Source: Clostridiales bacterium
Lineage (GTDB): Bacteria; Bacillota; Clostridia; Christensenellales; Borkfalkiaceae
Reading direction: 5' to 3'
DNA: 64,000 nt
Assembly (NCBI GenBank): GCA_015055965.1
Contig: SVHG01000006.1
Location: 57,234-121,233 of the forward strand
Of this stretch, positions 1 through 8,301 are shown one piece after another. Made by a program: the position numbers and the translations under genes. Below the pieces are notes generated by a model that was not told the origin of the DNA, ran no database searches, and was given only the letters and a program-made list of their open reading frames with translations. Position 1 is the stretch's first letter; the number at the start of each line of letters is the position of its first letter.

Positions 1-844
1 ATATTGCAAATTGTTCTTCTTCAAAAATCTCACTTTTTTGTTCAAAGGCATCATCATCAATTTCTTTAAAAGAAATCTTTTCATCTTTATATTTTTCTTC
101 ATATTCTTCGCCAAATATTACAGACATTTTTGCCTTTGCACCTATTAAAAGAGCAAGCATTTCTTTTAACTGAGGGGAAGTTGCATTAAAGAGTTTCACT
201 ATCGCCTTCTTTTTATCATTTAATCCCTTGCGTTCCATTGCTAAACTTCTAAATTCTTCAGCTTTTTCAACCAAGAGATATAAATCATCCATCTCTATTT
301 CTTCAACTGCATTGTTATAGTTTTCAAACAATTTTTTAATATCTCTTATACCGTTAACGTCTTCACCCTCGAATAAAAAATGTCCACGATACTTAATGAT
401 ATGATGTAACGCTAAATAGTAATGGCGCAAATCTGCCCTTTCACCACAGCATAACCTTTGACGCAAATGAAAAATGGTAGGATATTCCCTATAAAAATCA
501 ATATCGGTATAGTCTTTTTCGTTAAATAAAGAAAATTGACTACTCAATCTTTCATCTTTATCCTCTTCAAAAAAACCGCTATTGTTTAGACGAATAAAAA
601 ATAATTCATCTTCCATAAAAGGAGCAAATATTCCCTGTAAAAATTCTACGCGCTGTCTTCTGCGCTGCAATCTTCTTCTAGCTGTTCTTTTTATTCTGCG
701 TTCAGATGCATCTTTTGCTTCATCAAACAAACGAACAGCCCATAAGTCTTTGCCTTTTGCACGAAGTAAATTGTAATTCTCATCCGTGCAAGCCATTCCA
801 ACGGATTCCGTTCCTATATCCATGCCTAAATAAAATTTTTTCAT
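1..844 (-). CDS. cas9: Cas9 (type II CRISPR endonuclease), N-terminal ~281 aa; the ORF runs off the left edge
   Basis: Absent from the ORF track because the window edge truncates it. My reverse-complement translation from ATG 844-842 (RBS AGAGG upstream) reads MKKFYLGMDIGTESVGMACTDENYNLLRAKGKDLWAVRLFDEAKDASERRIKRTARRRLQRRRQRVEFLQGIF...FHLRQRL...HYYLALHHIIKYRGHFLFEGED and stays open to nt 1. It shows the RuvC-I DIGTxSVG motif, the Arg-rich bridge helix and the YLALHHIxKxRGHF motif. Confidence 0.9.
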   Translation of the reverse strand, partial: MKKFYLGMDIGTESVGMACTDENYNLLRAKGKDLWAVRLFDEAKDASERRIKRTARRRLQRRRQRVEFLQGIFAPFMEDELFFIRLNNSGFFEEDKDERLSSQFSLFNEKDYTDIDFYREYPTIFHLRQRLCCGERADLRHYYLALHHIIKYRGHFLFEGEDVNGIRDIKKLFENYNNAVEEIEMDDLYLLVEKAEEFRSLAMERKGLNDKKKAIVKLFNATSPQLKEMLALLIGAKAKMSVIFGEEYEEKYKDEKISFKEIDDDAFEQKSEIFEEEQFAI

Positions 845-861
845 TTTTTTTACCTCTTTTA

Positions 862-890
862 TTGACAAGTAGTTTCTTTTGTGCTATACT
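862..890 (+). promoter_or_regulatory. sigma-A type promoter, divergent from cas9
   Basis: TTGACA (862-867), 17-nt spacer, TATACT (885-890). Confidence 0.65.
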
Positions 891-896
891 GATGCT

Positions 897-982
897 ACAG
901 AATAAACAAGACGAGTTCAAATAAAAATTTATTCTAACCACTTGTTCGCATTGGCGACGCGCTCTCTTCGGAGAGCTTTTTT
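897..982 (+). ncRNA. candidate tracrRNA (~86 nt)
   Basis: Starts ~7 nt after the -10 box. Ends in an intrinsic terminator, GCGCTCTC-TTCG-GAGAGC (959-976), followed by TTTTTT (977-982). It has no ORF and is transcribed divergently just upstream of cas9, the usual tracrRNA position. The segment CGAGTTCAAATAA resembles the AAGTTAAAATAA nexus region of known tracrRNAs. The anti-repeat cannot be confirmed because the CRISPR array is off-window. Confidence 0.55.
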
Positions 983-1100
983 CTTGTCAATTTTTTGCAA
1001 ATGTTAACTCGTTTAAGTATAACATATAAAAGTAATTTTGTAAATAGCAAAATTAAAATTTCATGTTTTTTTCAATCAAAAACAATTATTTTGAAAAAAT

Positions 1101-1167
1101 AAAAAACACTTTTTAGGTACGTGCTTATTTTATAAAATAATAAGCGTTCCTTTAAAGTGTTTTTTTA
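1101..1167. terminator. nested hairpin, probable bidirectional terminator 3' of the GNAT pair
   Basis: AACACTTT (1105-1112) pairs with AAAGTGTT (1154-1161). An inner stem is GCTTATT (1123-1129) / AATAAGC (1139-1145). An A-run lies on the left and a T-run on the right. Confidence 0.5.
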
Positions 1168-1261
1168 TTTTTTGTTTAATATTGTTAAAAAAGATATTTT
1201 GCACACTTAATATGTACCTTTTGTGCTTTTTGGTTTTTTGTGTACCTATAAGGTGTTGATT

Positions 1262-1807
1262 TTAGTCGAAAACAGTTTTTTCTTTGGTTAAATCGAATTC
1301 GTAAAGGCAAAAGGTGGGAATATGCTCAAAATTGCGGGATAAATCCTTATTGCCGGCATAAGAAAAGCCTAAGGATTCGTAAAGTCTTCTTGCGGGATAG
1401 TTATCAGGAACAACGTCTATGCGAACGGCCTTGTAACCAAGCTCTTTGGCAAGATTTTTAGCAAAATTTACCATTTCAGTTGCATAACCCTTTCCGTAAA
1501 AGGAATAATGTACCGCTAAAGTGTGAATAATTAAATATTCACCCTCTTTTAAATTCTGCTTCCATTCCCCAACTGAATAATCGCCTGCAGGATCTTCGTT
1601 AAATACGAACGCGCCCGCAACGAAAGGGCCTATATAACCTATAAACTGCTCCCCCTTTTGAATTCTTTGCCTTATGCTTTCTTCGCAAGGGTAAACGCCC
1701 TTTTCCCAACGGGGATAGTTGACGTTTTCGTATAAATAATCTACTACCTGATCGTAAAATTTAGTTAAAGCAGGCAAATCTGCCATTTCACTTTTTCTTA
1801 TATACAT
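1262..1807 (-). CDS. GNAT family N-acetyltransferase
   Basis: ORF track 1262-1843. I place the start at the internal ATG 1807 (MYIRKSEMADL), which has an AGAGG RBS and avoids overlap with the upstream gene. The acetyl-CoA-binding motif A region is YGKGYATEMVNFAKNLAKELGYKAVRIDV...ARRLYESLGF. Confidence 0.85.
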   Translation of the reverse strand: MYIRKSEMADLPALTKFYDQVVDYLYENVNYPRWEKGVYPCEESIRQRIQKGEQFIGYIGPFVAGAFVFNEDPAGDYSVGEWKQNLKEGEYLIIHTLAVHYSFYGKGYATEMVNFAKNLAKELGYKAVRIDVVPDNYPARRLYESLGFSYAGNKDLSRNFEHIPTFCLYEFDLTKEKTVFD

Positions 1808-1812
1808 TACGG

Positions 1813-2283
1813 CTAAACCTCTTTTTTCATAACGTAATCGCAATTAACCAAGCCCCTTCCAAGGGGAATAATTTCTTCCTTAACAACGGTAAATCCATTT
1901 TTTAAATAACAGCTTATCGCAACCGAATTATTCCTATTAACGTTAAGCGTAAGCGCCTTTTTGCGCTCTGCAATTAATTTATTGAACACCCTTGAAGCAA
2001 TACCCTGCCCGCGGTTTTCGGGGTAAATATACAGCTTATCTATATACACGCTATCCTCGTTCTCAACTATAACGAGCAAGCCATTACCGCCCACGCTAAA
2101 ATATTCGTAGCCCTTTGAAAGGTAATAATTAATTGCTTCTAGCGAAAAGTATTTATCAAGCAAAAGCTCCACCTGCTCCGTTGGCAAAAAGGAATAGGTA
2201 TCAAGCCAAATGGGGCGCATTACTTGGTAAAGTCCCTTAAATTCTTGCTGGGTTAACTTGGTTAAAATAAGCTCATCTAACAT
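1813..2283 (-). CDS. GNAT family N-acetyltransferase (second, tandem)
   Basis: ORF track 1813-2349. The likely start is ATG 2283 (MLDELILTKL). Motif: RGQGIASRVFNKLIAERKKALTLNVNRNNSVAISCYLKNGF. Confidence 0.8.
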   Translation of the reverse strand: MLDELILTKLTQQEFKGLYQVMRPIWLDTYSFLPTEQVELLLDKYFSLEAINYYLSKGYEYFSVGGNGLLVIVENEDSVYIDKLYIYPENRGQGIASRVFNKLIAERKKALTLNVNRNNSVAISCYLKNGFTVVKEEIIPLGRGLVNCDYVMKKEV

Positions 2284-2494
2284 GTTTTTTCCTACCGTTA
2301 AAAATAGTTTAGCATAACTTTTTTTTGCTGTCAAGCAAGCAAAAGGCAAGATATTTAAACTTTAAAAAAGAAGCGTTTTATCCTTCTCCTTATTTAAAAC
2401 ACACCCTTTATTAAAAACTTGTAAAGTATTTGTGAAGCGACTGTGAAAGCACAATGAAAAGTGCATTTTACCTATTTTTAGCGTGCTTTTTGCT

Positions 2495-2523
2495 TTGACA
2501 ATTGCATTTATTAAGTATATAAT
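2495..2523 (+). promoter_or_regulatory. consensus sigma-A promoter for the vanZ-like pair
   Basis: TTGACA (2495-2500), 17 nt, TATAAT (2518-2523). The implied transcription start (~2530) lies downstream of the TTG at 2527, which supports ATG 2560 as the true start codon. Confidence 0.7.
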
Positions 2524-2559
2524 AACTTGGAAATATATGGAAGAAGGAAAAAATTAACA

Positions 2560-3141
2560 ATGCAGCCACTAACGCATAATAGAAAAGATAGAATTTTTAA
2601 AGTTCTGCTTTACCTTTCGTTTTTTGCTTTTGTAGTTCTTCTTATTTGGGGAATTTACTTTAAAGCAAATCAATATTCCTCGGTGATTAAAAACTATAAA
2701 AGAAATTTACACAGAGATCTTTGGGGAAGATTTACCTATAATTTAATACCCTTTGATAAGCTTGCAAAAACACCCAAAAGCGTTATTAAGGATTTCATTT
2801 TAAACACGATTGCCTTTTTACCCTTTGGTATTTACCTACCCTTGCTTAATAAAAAGCATTCACTTTTTAAAGGCGCTTTATTTTGCTTTTGCTTTTCGCT
2901 TTGCTTTGAAGTTGCGCAGCTTTTTACCCGCGTTGGCTCTTTTTCCAGCAACGATTTAATAGCAAACACCCTTGGTTATTTTCTTGGTATTTTAACGTTT
3001 AATTTAACGAAAAGCAAGCTTTCTAAAAGACTAATTGCAGTTGCAAACGCAATAATTATTATCGCAGTCCTTCCATTTTTGGTTTACGAGTTTTCAGATA
3101 CCTTTTCACACCTTTCGGTATATTTATATAAAACGCTATGA
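2560..3141 (+). CDS. VanZ-like family membrane protein
   Basis: ORF track 2527-3141; the first in-frame ATG is at 2560. It is multi-pass hydrophobic. VanZ-type motifs: FLPFGIYLPLL and FEVAQLFTRVGSFSSNDLIANTLGYFLG. Confidence 0.8.
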   Translation: MQPLTHNRKDRIFKVLLYLSFFAFVVLLIWGIYFKANQYSSVIKNYKRNLHRDLWGRFTYNLIPFDKLAKTPKSVIKDFILNTIAFLPFGIYLPLLNKKHSLFKGALFCFCFSLCFEVAQLFTRVGSFSSNDLIANTLGYFLGILTFNLTKSKLSKRLIAVANAIIIIAVLPFLVYEFSDTFSHLSVYLYKTL

Positions 3142-3752
3142 GAGCATTAAGAAGCTATTTAAAAAGCCCAACGGTATTCCGCATTTTAACGGTTTTGGCA
3201 TTTGTTTGCTTCGTTATTTTGCTAAATTGGATTATAATATTTAAAATTAGTAGCGAGCTAATCCTAACGGACTCCTTTTACGGAATGGTGAATAAACCCT
3301 TTAAAGAAAGATTTATGCTTGGCGCTATACCGTTTGTATTCAGCAAAGACTCGTCAAATTCTCTAGTAGACTTTTTATTGAATATAATCATCTTTATTCC
3401 CTTTGGTATTTTATTCCCCACCCTAACCAAAAAGCGCACCTTCTTTAGGTTTTTGCTTGTTTCCTTTTTAATCTCGCTTACCTTCGAGATATTTCAGCTA
3501 ATTACACTTTGGGGGCATTTTGACGTAGACGATTTAATATCAAACACCCTTGGTTTTATAGTTGGCTACCTATTTTACCTTTTTATTTTAAGGGATATGA
3601 AAAAATCAACGGTAACCGCGCTATATACCCTTGCAATCGTTATAGCAATCCCCTTTTGCACTTACGCGATTATATCGGTATTTAACAGATGGGAGATATA
3701 CGACTCTCTTTTACGTCAGCTACCCGCCTATTATTCAAGGCTATTCAACTAA
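3138..3752 (+). CDS. VanZ-like family membrane protein (tandem paralogue)
   Basis: Its ATGA start overlaps the stop of the previous gene. Motifs: FIPFGILFPTL and FEIFQLITLWGHFDVDDLISNTLGFIVG. Confidence 0.85.
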   Translation: MRALRSYLKSPTVFRILTVLAFVCFVILLNWIIIFKISSELILTDSFYGMVNKPFKERFMLGAIPFVFSKDSSNSLVDFLLNIIIFIPFGILFPTLTKKRTFFRFLLVSFLISLTFEIFQLITLWGHFDVDDLISNTLGFIVGYLFYLFILRDMKKSTVTALYTLAIVIAIPFCTYAIISVFNRWEIYDSLLRQLPAYYSRLFN

Positions 3753-3807
3753 AGCAATCGTTTAAAAAAATCAACCGTTGCTTACAATATCGTTTTAACT
3801 AAAAATC

Positions 3808-3837
3808 AAAACCGCTATATTACGTAGCGGTTTTTTA
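3808..3837 (+). terminator. intrinsic terminator after the vanZ-like pair
   Basis: ACCGCTA (3811-3817), loop, TAGCGGT (3825-3831), then a T-run. Confidence 0.7.
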
Positions 3838-3852
3838 TATTAGCTTACAAAC

Positions 3853-3895
3853 AAAAAGCGCTCTTATCTGCTTTTTATCGGCAAGAGCGCTTTTA
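3853..3895 (-). terminator. intrinsic (bidirectional) terminator 3' of the lipoprotein gene
   Basis: GCGCTCTT (3858-3865) pairs with AAGAGCGC (3883-3890). It is flanked by an A-run and a T-run. Confidence 0.7.
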
Positions 3896-3918
3896 TTTTT
3901 TGTTATTAAGTTTACAAA

Positions 3919-5289
3919 TTATTTACTTGCGTATTCTTCAAAAATTTGAGTAAAATCAACCTCTCCAACTACGTAATAGCATTTATTTCCAAACAAGAAA
4001 TGCTTGGGTGATAAAAGCTTTATTTCAAAACCGTTTTCTAAAATGAAGTTATAGCCGAAATCAACTATGGGAACGTTTGAGCTTTCCACCCCTATAAACA
4101 CTATTTCGCCCAAAATATTAGAGTATTCTTTAACCTTTTCGCCCGCAATATAAAGAGTGCTAACATTTTTATAGGTTACAAATCCGTAACATTCTTCATA
4201 TTCGGTAAGCTGTGGAATTCTTTGGCTTACCTCGTAATATTTACCGCCGGTGTAAATAAAGCCGTTGCTTTGCGTTAGGCTAAATTCGCCTTGATTGGTG
4301 TATATAGTTAACGTTGAGCCACCACCGCCGTAAACGGAGGTTTCCGTAAGGGGCGCGTCTTGCATGAATAAGAGCTGTAAATAATCAATTACCGCTTGTA
4401 TATCGTTAGCACCTTTACTTACCTTAACACTGTTAAACGAGCCGGGCGCTACGCCGTAATAACCGCTTTCTACCTTAACGGAAGATATTTCACACTCTTC
4501 TAAAGTGGTTTGCCAATCGAATAACTCGCTTGAATGGTATTGCCGTATTGGCTTAAAAATTAAGGTTACGTCCTCGTAAAACCACATATCCAACTCGTAT
4601 TCCCACTCGTCAAGCCCGCTTTCCGTTTCTATTGGGGGCAATACCCGCGTAATACCGGAATATAGCAATCCGTTTTCTAAATAGAATCCAAGATCCGCAT
4701 CCATAATAATCGTAGAATGCAGCACTATCGTTTGACCGGGACAAAACACGATTTTACCGTTGCTTGGTAAATCGGTTAATCGATTAGAGTTATCTATAAC
4801 CGTTAAGGTAAAAGTGCCCGTAGGGGGCTGAGCCTCTCCGCCTATCCAAGTAAAGTAAAAGGCTTGTGATTTAGTTACTTTAAAGCCAATATAAAAATCA
4901 TTTCTGCTTGCCGGTAAAGACACTTGCAAGGTGGAATAAAACCCCTCAAAGGTATAATATCCGCCTGAATCGTTAGGTATTCTTGCGGTAACCTCTTTAT
5001 ATATTTTATCATATTCCTCTTTAGTTATAACGTGTCCTATTTTAAATTCATATACAAAAGTATATCGTGGCGTTGCAGAGCTTTCCGCCAAATGACCGCT
5101 ACCATCTTCTTCTACGTATTTAAAGGTTAAAACGGCTAATTGCGACAGGTCTTGGTCTATCCATTCCTCTGCCGACCCGCTTTCCGTTAAGGAATTTTCC
5201 GGAAGGGCTGAGTTATTAGAGTCCTTACATCCAACGAATAGCCCCAAAGAAAAAATTATGGCAAATATTAAACAAATTATTTTTTTCAT
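3919..5289 (-). CDS. putative lipoprotein, function unknown
   Basis: 456 aa. The signal peptide has a lipobox: MKKIICLIFAIIFSLGLFVGC|KDS. It is the last gene of the ECF sigma operon. Confidence 0.8.
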   Translation of the reverse strand: MKKIICLIFAIIFSLGLFVGCKDSNNSALPENSLTESGSAEEWIDQDLSQLAVLTFKYVEEDGSGHLAESSATPRYTFVYEFKIGHVITKEEYDKIYKEVTARIPNDSGGYYTFEGFYSTLQVSLPASRNDFYIGFKVTKSQAFYFTWIGGEAQPPTGTFTLTVIDNSNRLTDLPSNGKIVFCPGQTIVLHSTIIMDADLGFYLENGLLYSGITRVLPPIETESGLDEWEYELDMWFYEDVTLIFKPIRQYHSSELFDWQTTLEECEISSVKVESGYYGVAPGSFNSVKVSKGANDIQAVIDYLQLLFMQDAPLTETSVYGGGGSTLTIYTNQGEFSLTQSNGFIYTGGKYYEVSQRIPQLTEYEECYGFVTYKNVSTLYIAGEKVKEYSNILGEIVFIGVESSNVPIVDFGYNFILENGFEIKLLSPKHFLFGNKCYYVVGEVDFTQIFEEYASK

Positions 5290-5350
5290 TTTTACCTCCT
5301 AAATAAAAGTTAAGAGTTTGCTTTATAACTAAGCTGAATTTTTATTTATC

Positions 5351-7606
5351 TTAGCCTATAGGTTGATTATCTAACAAAAAGTAGCTTTCGCCCTGCCAAG
5401 TTAAACTAAACGAGCCGTTATCCTCTAAAAGGGTAAGAGTTACGTGTTGGTCACCGTAATAGCTCTTTATAACGTATTGATTATCCTTAACGGAAAGCAG
5501 ATAACAAAACAGGAATCCGCTTTGATTAAAGCAAATCTTGCCTTGATTAGTTATTTCTATAGTCTTACCGCTTTGGCTCAAATAGCTACCCACGAAGCCC
5601 GCCCCGTTAAAAGGCTCTTCGTTAAGCAAATAGCTTGCTTCGCCCATTTTTATCTCTTTTTGCGTTCTGTTAAGCTCAATATTAAATTTTGAGCCACCGT
5701 CACTTGAGCAAAGCATGGTTACTACATTAGTTAAGCCGTCGTATTTGCTAAACACAACGCTTCCGCTATCACTTAGGAAATAGTCGTTATAAGCCTCGTA
5801 ATAATAGCTTTCCGTAGAGGTTTTTCCCGCGCACCAAGCGTTCTTTATAACAAAATAATTACCTAAATCGCCGTAGATAACGTCGTCTATATCAATCATT
5901 TTTATAGTCCAAACGGTAACGTTATCAAAGGTTGTATCTTCATAAATAGGCTCGCCGTTATATCCCTTAATTTGAAATACGCTTATATTAATAGGCTGCA
6001 CGATAGAGGCGCTAAGGGATTCGCCCTTATTAACCACGTAGCGGTAAACGCCGTAAGATCTATTCATTGTAACTATTGCCTGCTTTTCGCTATTATACCG
6101 GCGAAGCCTTTTGATAAAGGCGTCGTTTCCGTCGCAAACGTCAATTACGTCTAATGCGTGGCGATAATAAAATCTTTCCATATCAGCGCCTATTCTAAGC
6201 AAGGTATCAGCGCCGTCCGATTGCGCAGTGTATTCCTTTTTGGTAGAGCTAGAGCCAATATAAAGCCCGCCTTCTTTTACGGTTAAAAATATCTCACCAT
6301 TACTATCGTAAAACACACCGCAATATTCTCTACCGTTAGCTTGCTCGCTAGCACCAACGAATAGCGTGGTATCTTTTGTAAAAGCTGTATTTTCATCAAC
6401 CGCTTCCTTTTTTTGCTCGTCCTTCCATAATCCGCCGTAGGCTTGTTTTAGGTATTCAACCGTACCCTTAGAAAGCTTACCGTTTTTTGCAACGTAATAT
6501 CTGCCGTCGCCAAAGCTATCGCCTTTAAGATTAATTAAGTAATCGTTTAAGCCAAGCTTAAAGCAGGTAAAATTAGGATCGTCTGCGCTGCCTATAAAGG
6601 TTAAAGTGCCGTTAATCGCGTTATAGAGGGCTTTTTGAGAATGCCAAGCATCCCCGATTACTATTTGCCCGTTATCTATTTGCTTAGTTATTCTACCTTC
6701 TAAAATCACCTCTGAATAGTAAGAAGTAATGAAATTTTGCGTTATTGCAAAGGCTAAATAGGTGGGCGCGTTTAAGAGCTCGTCTTGCGTAAAAGCGTAA
6801 AGCCCGTCTAAATATAAATTACTTAAATCCTGCACTAAAACGGTACAGCTTGAGTTGAATTTTTGGTTGGTGTTTAAAACCACGTTAAGGCTATAAACCC
6901 CCTCGCTTACAAGAAAGCCGTCCGGTTGTTTTATAGAATATTCGGTGGGCTTACCCTCTTTTTTTACCGTAAGCGATTGATTTTCTTTACTTATTTCGCC
7001 ACTAAAATCTTCGCCAACGACATCCTTGCTTATTAGCACCTTGCGAACGGTTATATCCTCTTTTGCAATTTCTTCGCCAACGAAATAGACGCTTCTACCC
7101 AAATCCACCTCTATTCCGCAAAGATAATCATCCGTTACCTTAACGGTGTATTCCGTTTTAATTTTATTGTTAGATTTTAGACTAACCACTATCGGGTATT
7201 CGCCTGCTACCCCCTCTTTAAAGGCAGAATAGTCAATTTCTATTTCATCCTGCAAGCACTCTTCCAAGCTTCCGTTTTTAAACTGCTTTTGAACGGATAT
7301 ACCGCTTGCAATAAAGCTGCCGTTAAGCTGATATTCAACGATTAAATCGTTTAAGTTACTAATTACTATTTTTTCAACGCCATCTCCCTTTATAAAGAAT
7401 AATGAAAGGGGAATAATTAACGCTATTATAGCAATAAAGGTAAGCGCGTAAGCTAAGCTTTTGCGCCAAATGGAAATTTTAAAGGCTTGCTTTGAGCCAT
7501 TAGCGCCTAAATCCACCCCGCTTTTGTTTATTATTCTTTCAAAGGAAGTATTATCTTCAATTTTTTCGTATACGGCGTTTAAAAGATTTTTTTCACTTTT
7601 TTTCAT
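5351..7606 (-). CDS. putative anti-sigma factor: single-pass membrane protein with a large extracytoplasmic domain
   Basis: 751 aa. Its ATG abuts the sigma-factor stop codon. A short cytoplasmic N-terminus is followed by one TM segment (SLAYALTFIAIIALIIPLSLFFI). The anti-sigma role is inferred from position only. Confidence 0.6.
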   Translation of the reverse strand: MKKSEKNLLNAVYEKIEDNTSFERIINKSGVDLGANGSKQAFKISIWRKSLAYALTFIAIIALIIPLSLFFIKGDGVEKIVISNLNDLIVEYQLNGSFIASGISVQKQFKNGSLEECLQDEIEIDYSAFKEGVAGEYPIVVSLKSNNKIKTEYTVKVTDDYLCGIEVDLGRSVYFVGEEIAKEDITVRKVLISKDVVGEDFSGEISKENQSLTVKKEGKPTEYSIKQPDGFLVSEGVYSLNVVLNTNQKFNSSCTVLVQDLSNLYLDGLYAFTQDELLNAPTYLAFAITQNFITSYYSEVILEGRITKQIDNGQIVIGDAWHSQKALYNAINGTLTFIGSADDPNFTCFKLGLNDYLINLKGDSFGDGRYYVAKNGKLSKGTVEYLKQAYGGLWKDEQKKEAVDENTAFTKDTTLFVGASEQANGREYCGVFYDSNGEIFLTVKEGGLYIGSSSTKKEYTAQSDGADTLLRIGADMERFYYRHALDVIDVCDGNDAFIKRLRRYNSEKQAIVTMNRSYGVYRYVVNKGESLSASIVQPINISVFQIKGYNGEPIYEDTTFDNVTVWTIKMIDIDDVIYGDLGNYFVIKNAWCAGKTSTESYYYEAYNDYFLSDSGSVVFSKYDGLTNVVTMLCSSDGGSKFNIELNRTQKEIKMGEASYLLNEEPFNGAGFVGSYLSQSGKTIEITNQGKICFNQSGFLFCYLLSVKDNQYVIKSYYGDQHVTLTLLEDNGSFSLTWQGESYFLLDNQPIG

Positions 7607-8143
7607 TTACTTTTCCATCCGTATTTTTAATTTTTTTAACGCGCGGTAATATTTACTTTTTACCGTTTTTACGTTTTGCTCTTTTTTCAAGGCTATTTCT
7701 TCAAAGTTAAAGCCTTCCGTTACGTGAAGTAAAATTATATCTACGTCCTCGTTGGGTAAGATTTCTTGCATTAGCTTAACCATACGGTTAAACGCATCAT
7801 GCGAGCAAACGCTCTCTTCCACAGATAAACCGCCACAAGCAACGTTAACACCCCTATCAAGCTCTACGGTAGGCCGTTTAGCCTGCCTTCTAAGCATATC
7901 TAAGCAATTATGCTTTGCGGAAACGGATAAATATCCCTTTAAGTTACTGCCCACCCCTAATGGGTTTTTGAATAGCTCTATAAAGGTTTCTTCAACTGCG
8001 TCGTTTATATCAAATTCGCTTTTTAAAAATTTTGAACAAACGAAAAATACCAGCGGTTTATATTTATTATAGATATAACGAAAGACTTCCTCCTTACCTT
8101 TGTTTAAGCGTATTGCCTTGAAGAGCTTCTTTTCATCAGTCAT
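7607..8143 (-). CDS. RNA polymerase sigma-70 family (ECF-type) sigma factor
   Basis: 178 aa. Region 2-like: FRYIYNKYKPLVFFVCSKFLKSEFDINDAVEETFIELF. Region 4 HTH: EDVDIILLHVTEGFNFEEIALKKEQNVKTVKSKYYRALKKLK. Confidence 0.85.
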   Translation of the reverse strand: MTDEKKLFKAIRLNKGKEEVFRYIYNKYKPLVFFVCSKFLKSEFDINDAVEETFIELFKNPLGVGSNLKGYLSVSAKHNCLDMLRRQAKRPTVELDRGVNVACGGLSVEESVCSHDAFNRMVKLMQEILPNEDVDIILLHVTEGFNFEEIALKKEQNVKTVKSKYYRALKKLKIRMEK

Positions 8144-8246
8144 AAAGGGCCCCTTTATTTTTTCTCTTCACATACAAGGCGAAAAAAAATTCAAAAAAGT
8201 TTCAAATCTAAAAAAATTTTTCAAAAATTTATCTTTTAAAACACAA

Positions 8247-8280
8247 AATGCCCAGATAATCGACTTATAGGGGCATTTTT
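8247..8280 (-). terminator. intrinsic terminator 3' of the NYN gene
   Basis: ATGCCC (8248-8253) pairs with GGGCAT (8270-8275). The minus strand has a U-rich tail. The loop carries the dispersed motif GATAATCGACTTATAG. Confidence 0.6.
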
Positions 8281-8301
8281 GTATTTTTTCATATTTTATT
8301 G

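Noticed and set aside
582-924. Plus-strand ORFs 582-776 and 706-924.
   Set aside because: They overlap the minus-strand cas9 N-terminal coding region and run through the tracrRNA promoter. They have no RBS, and cas9 explains the region.
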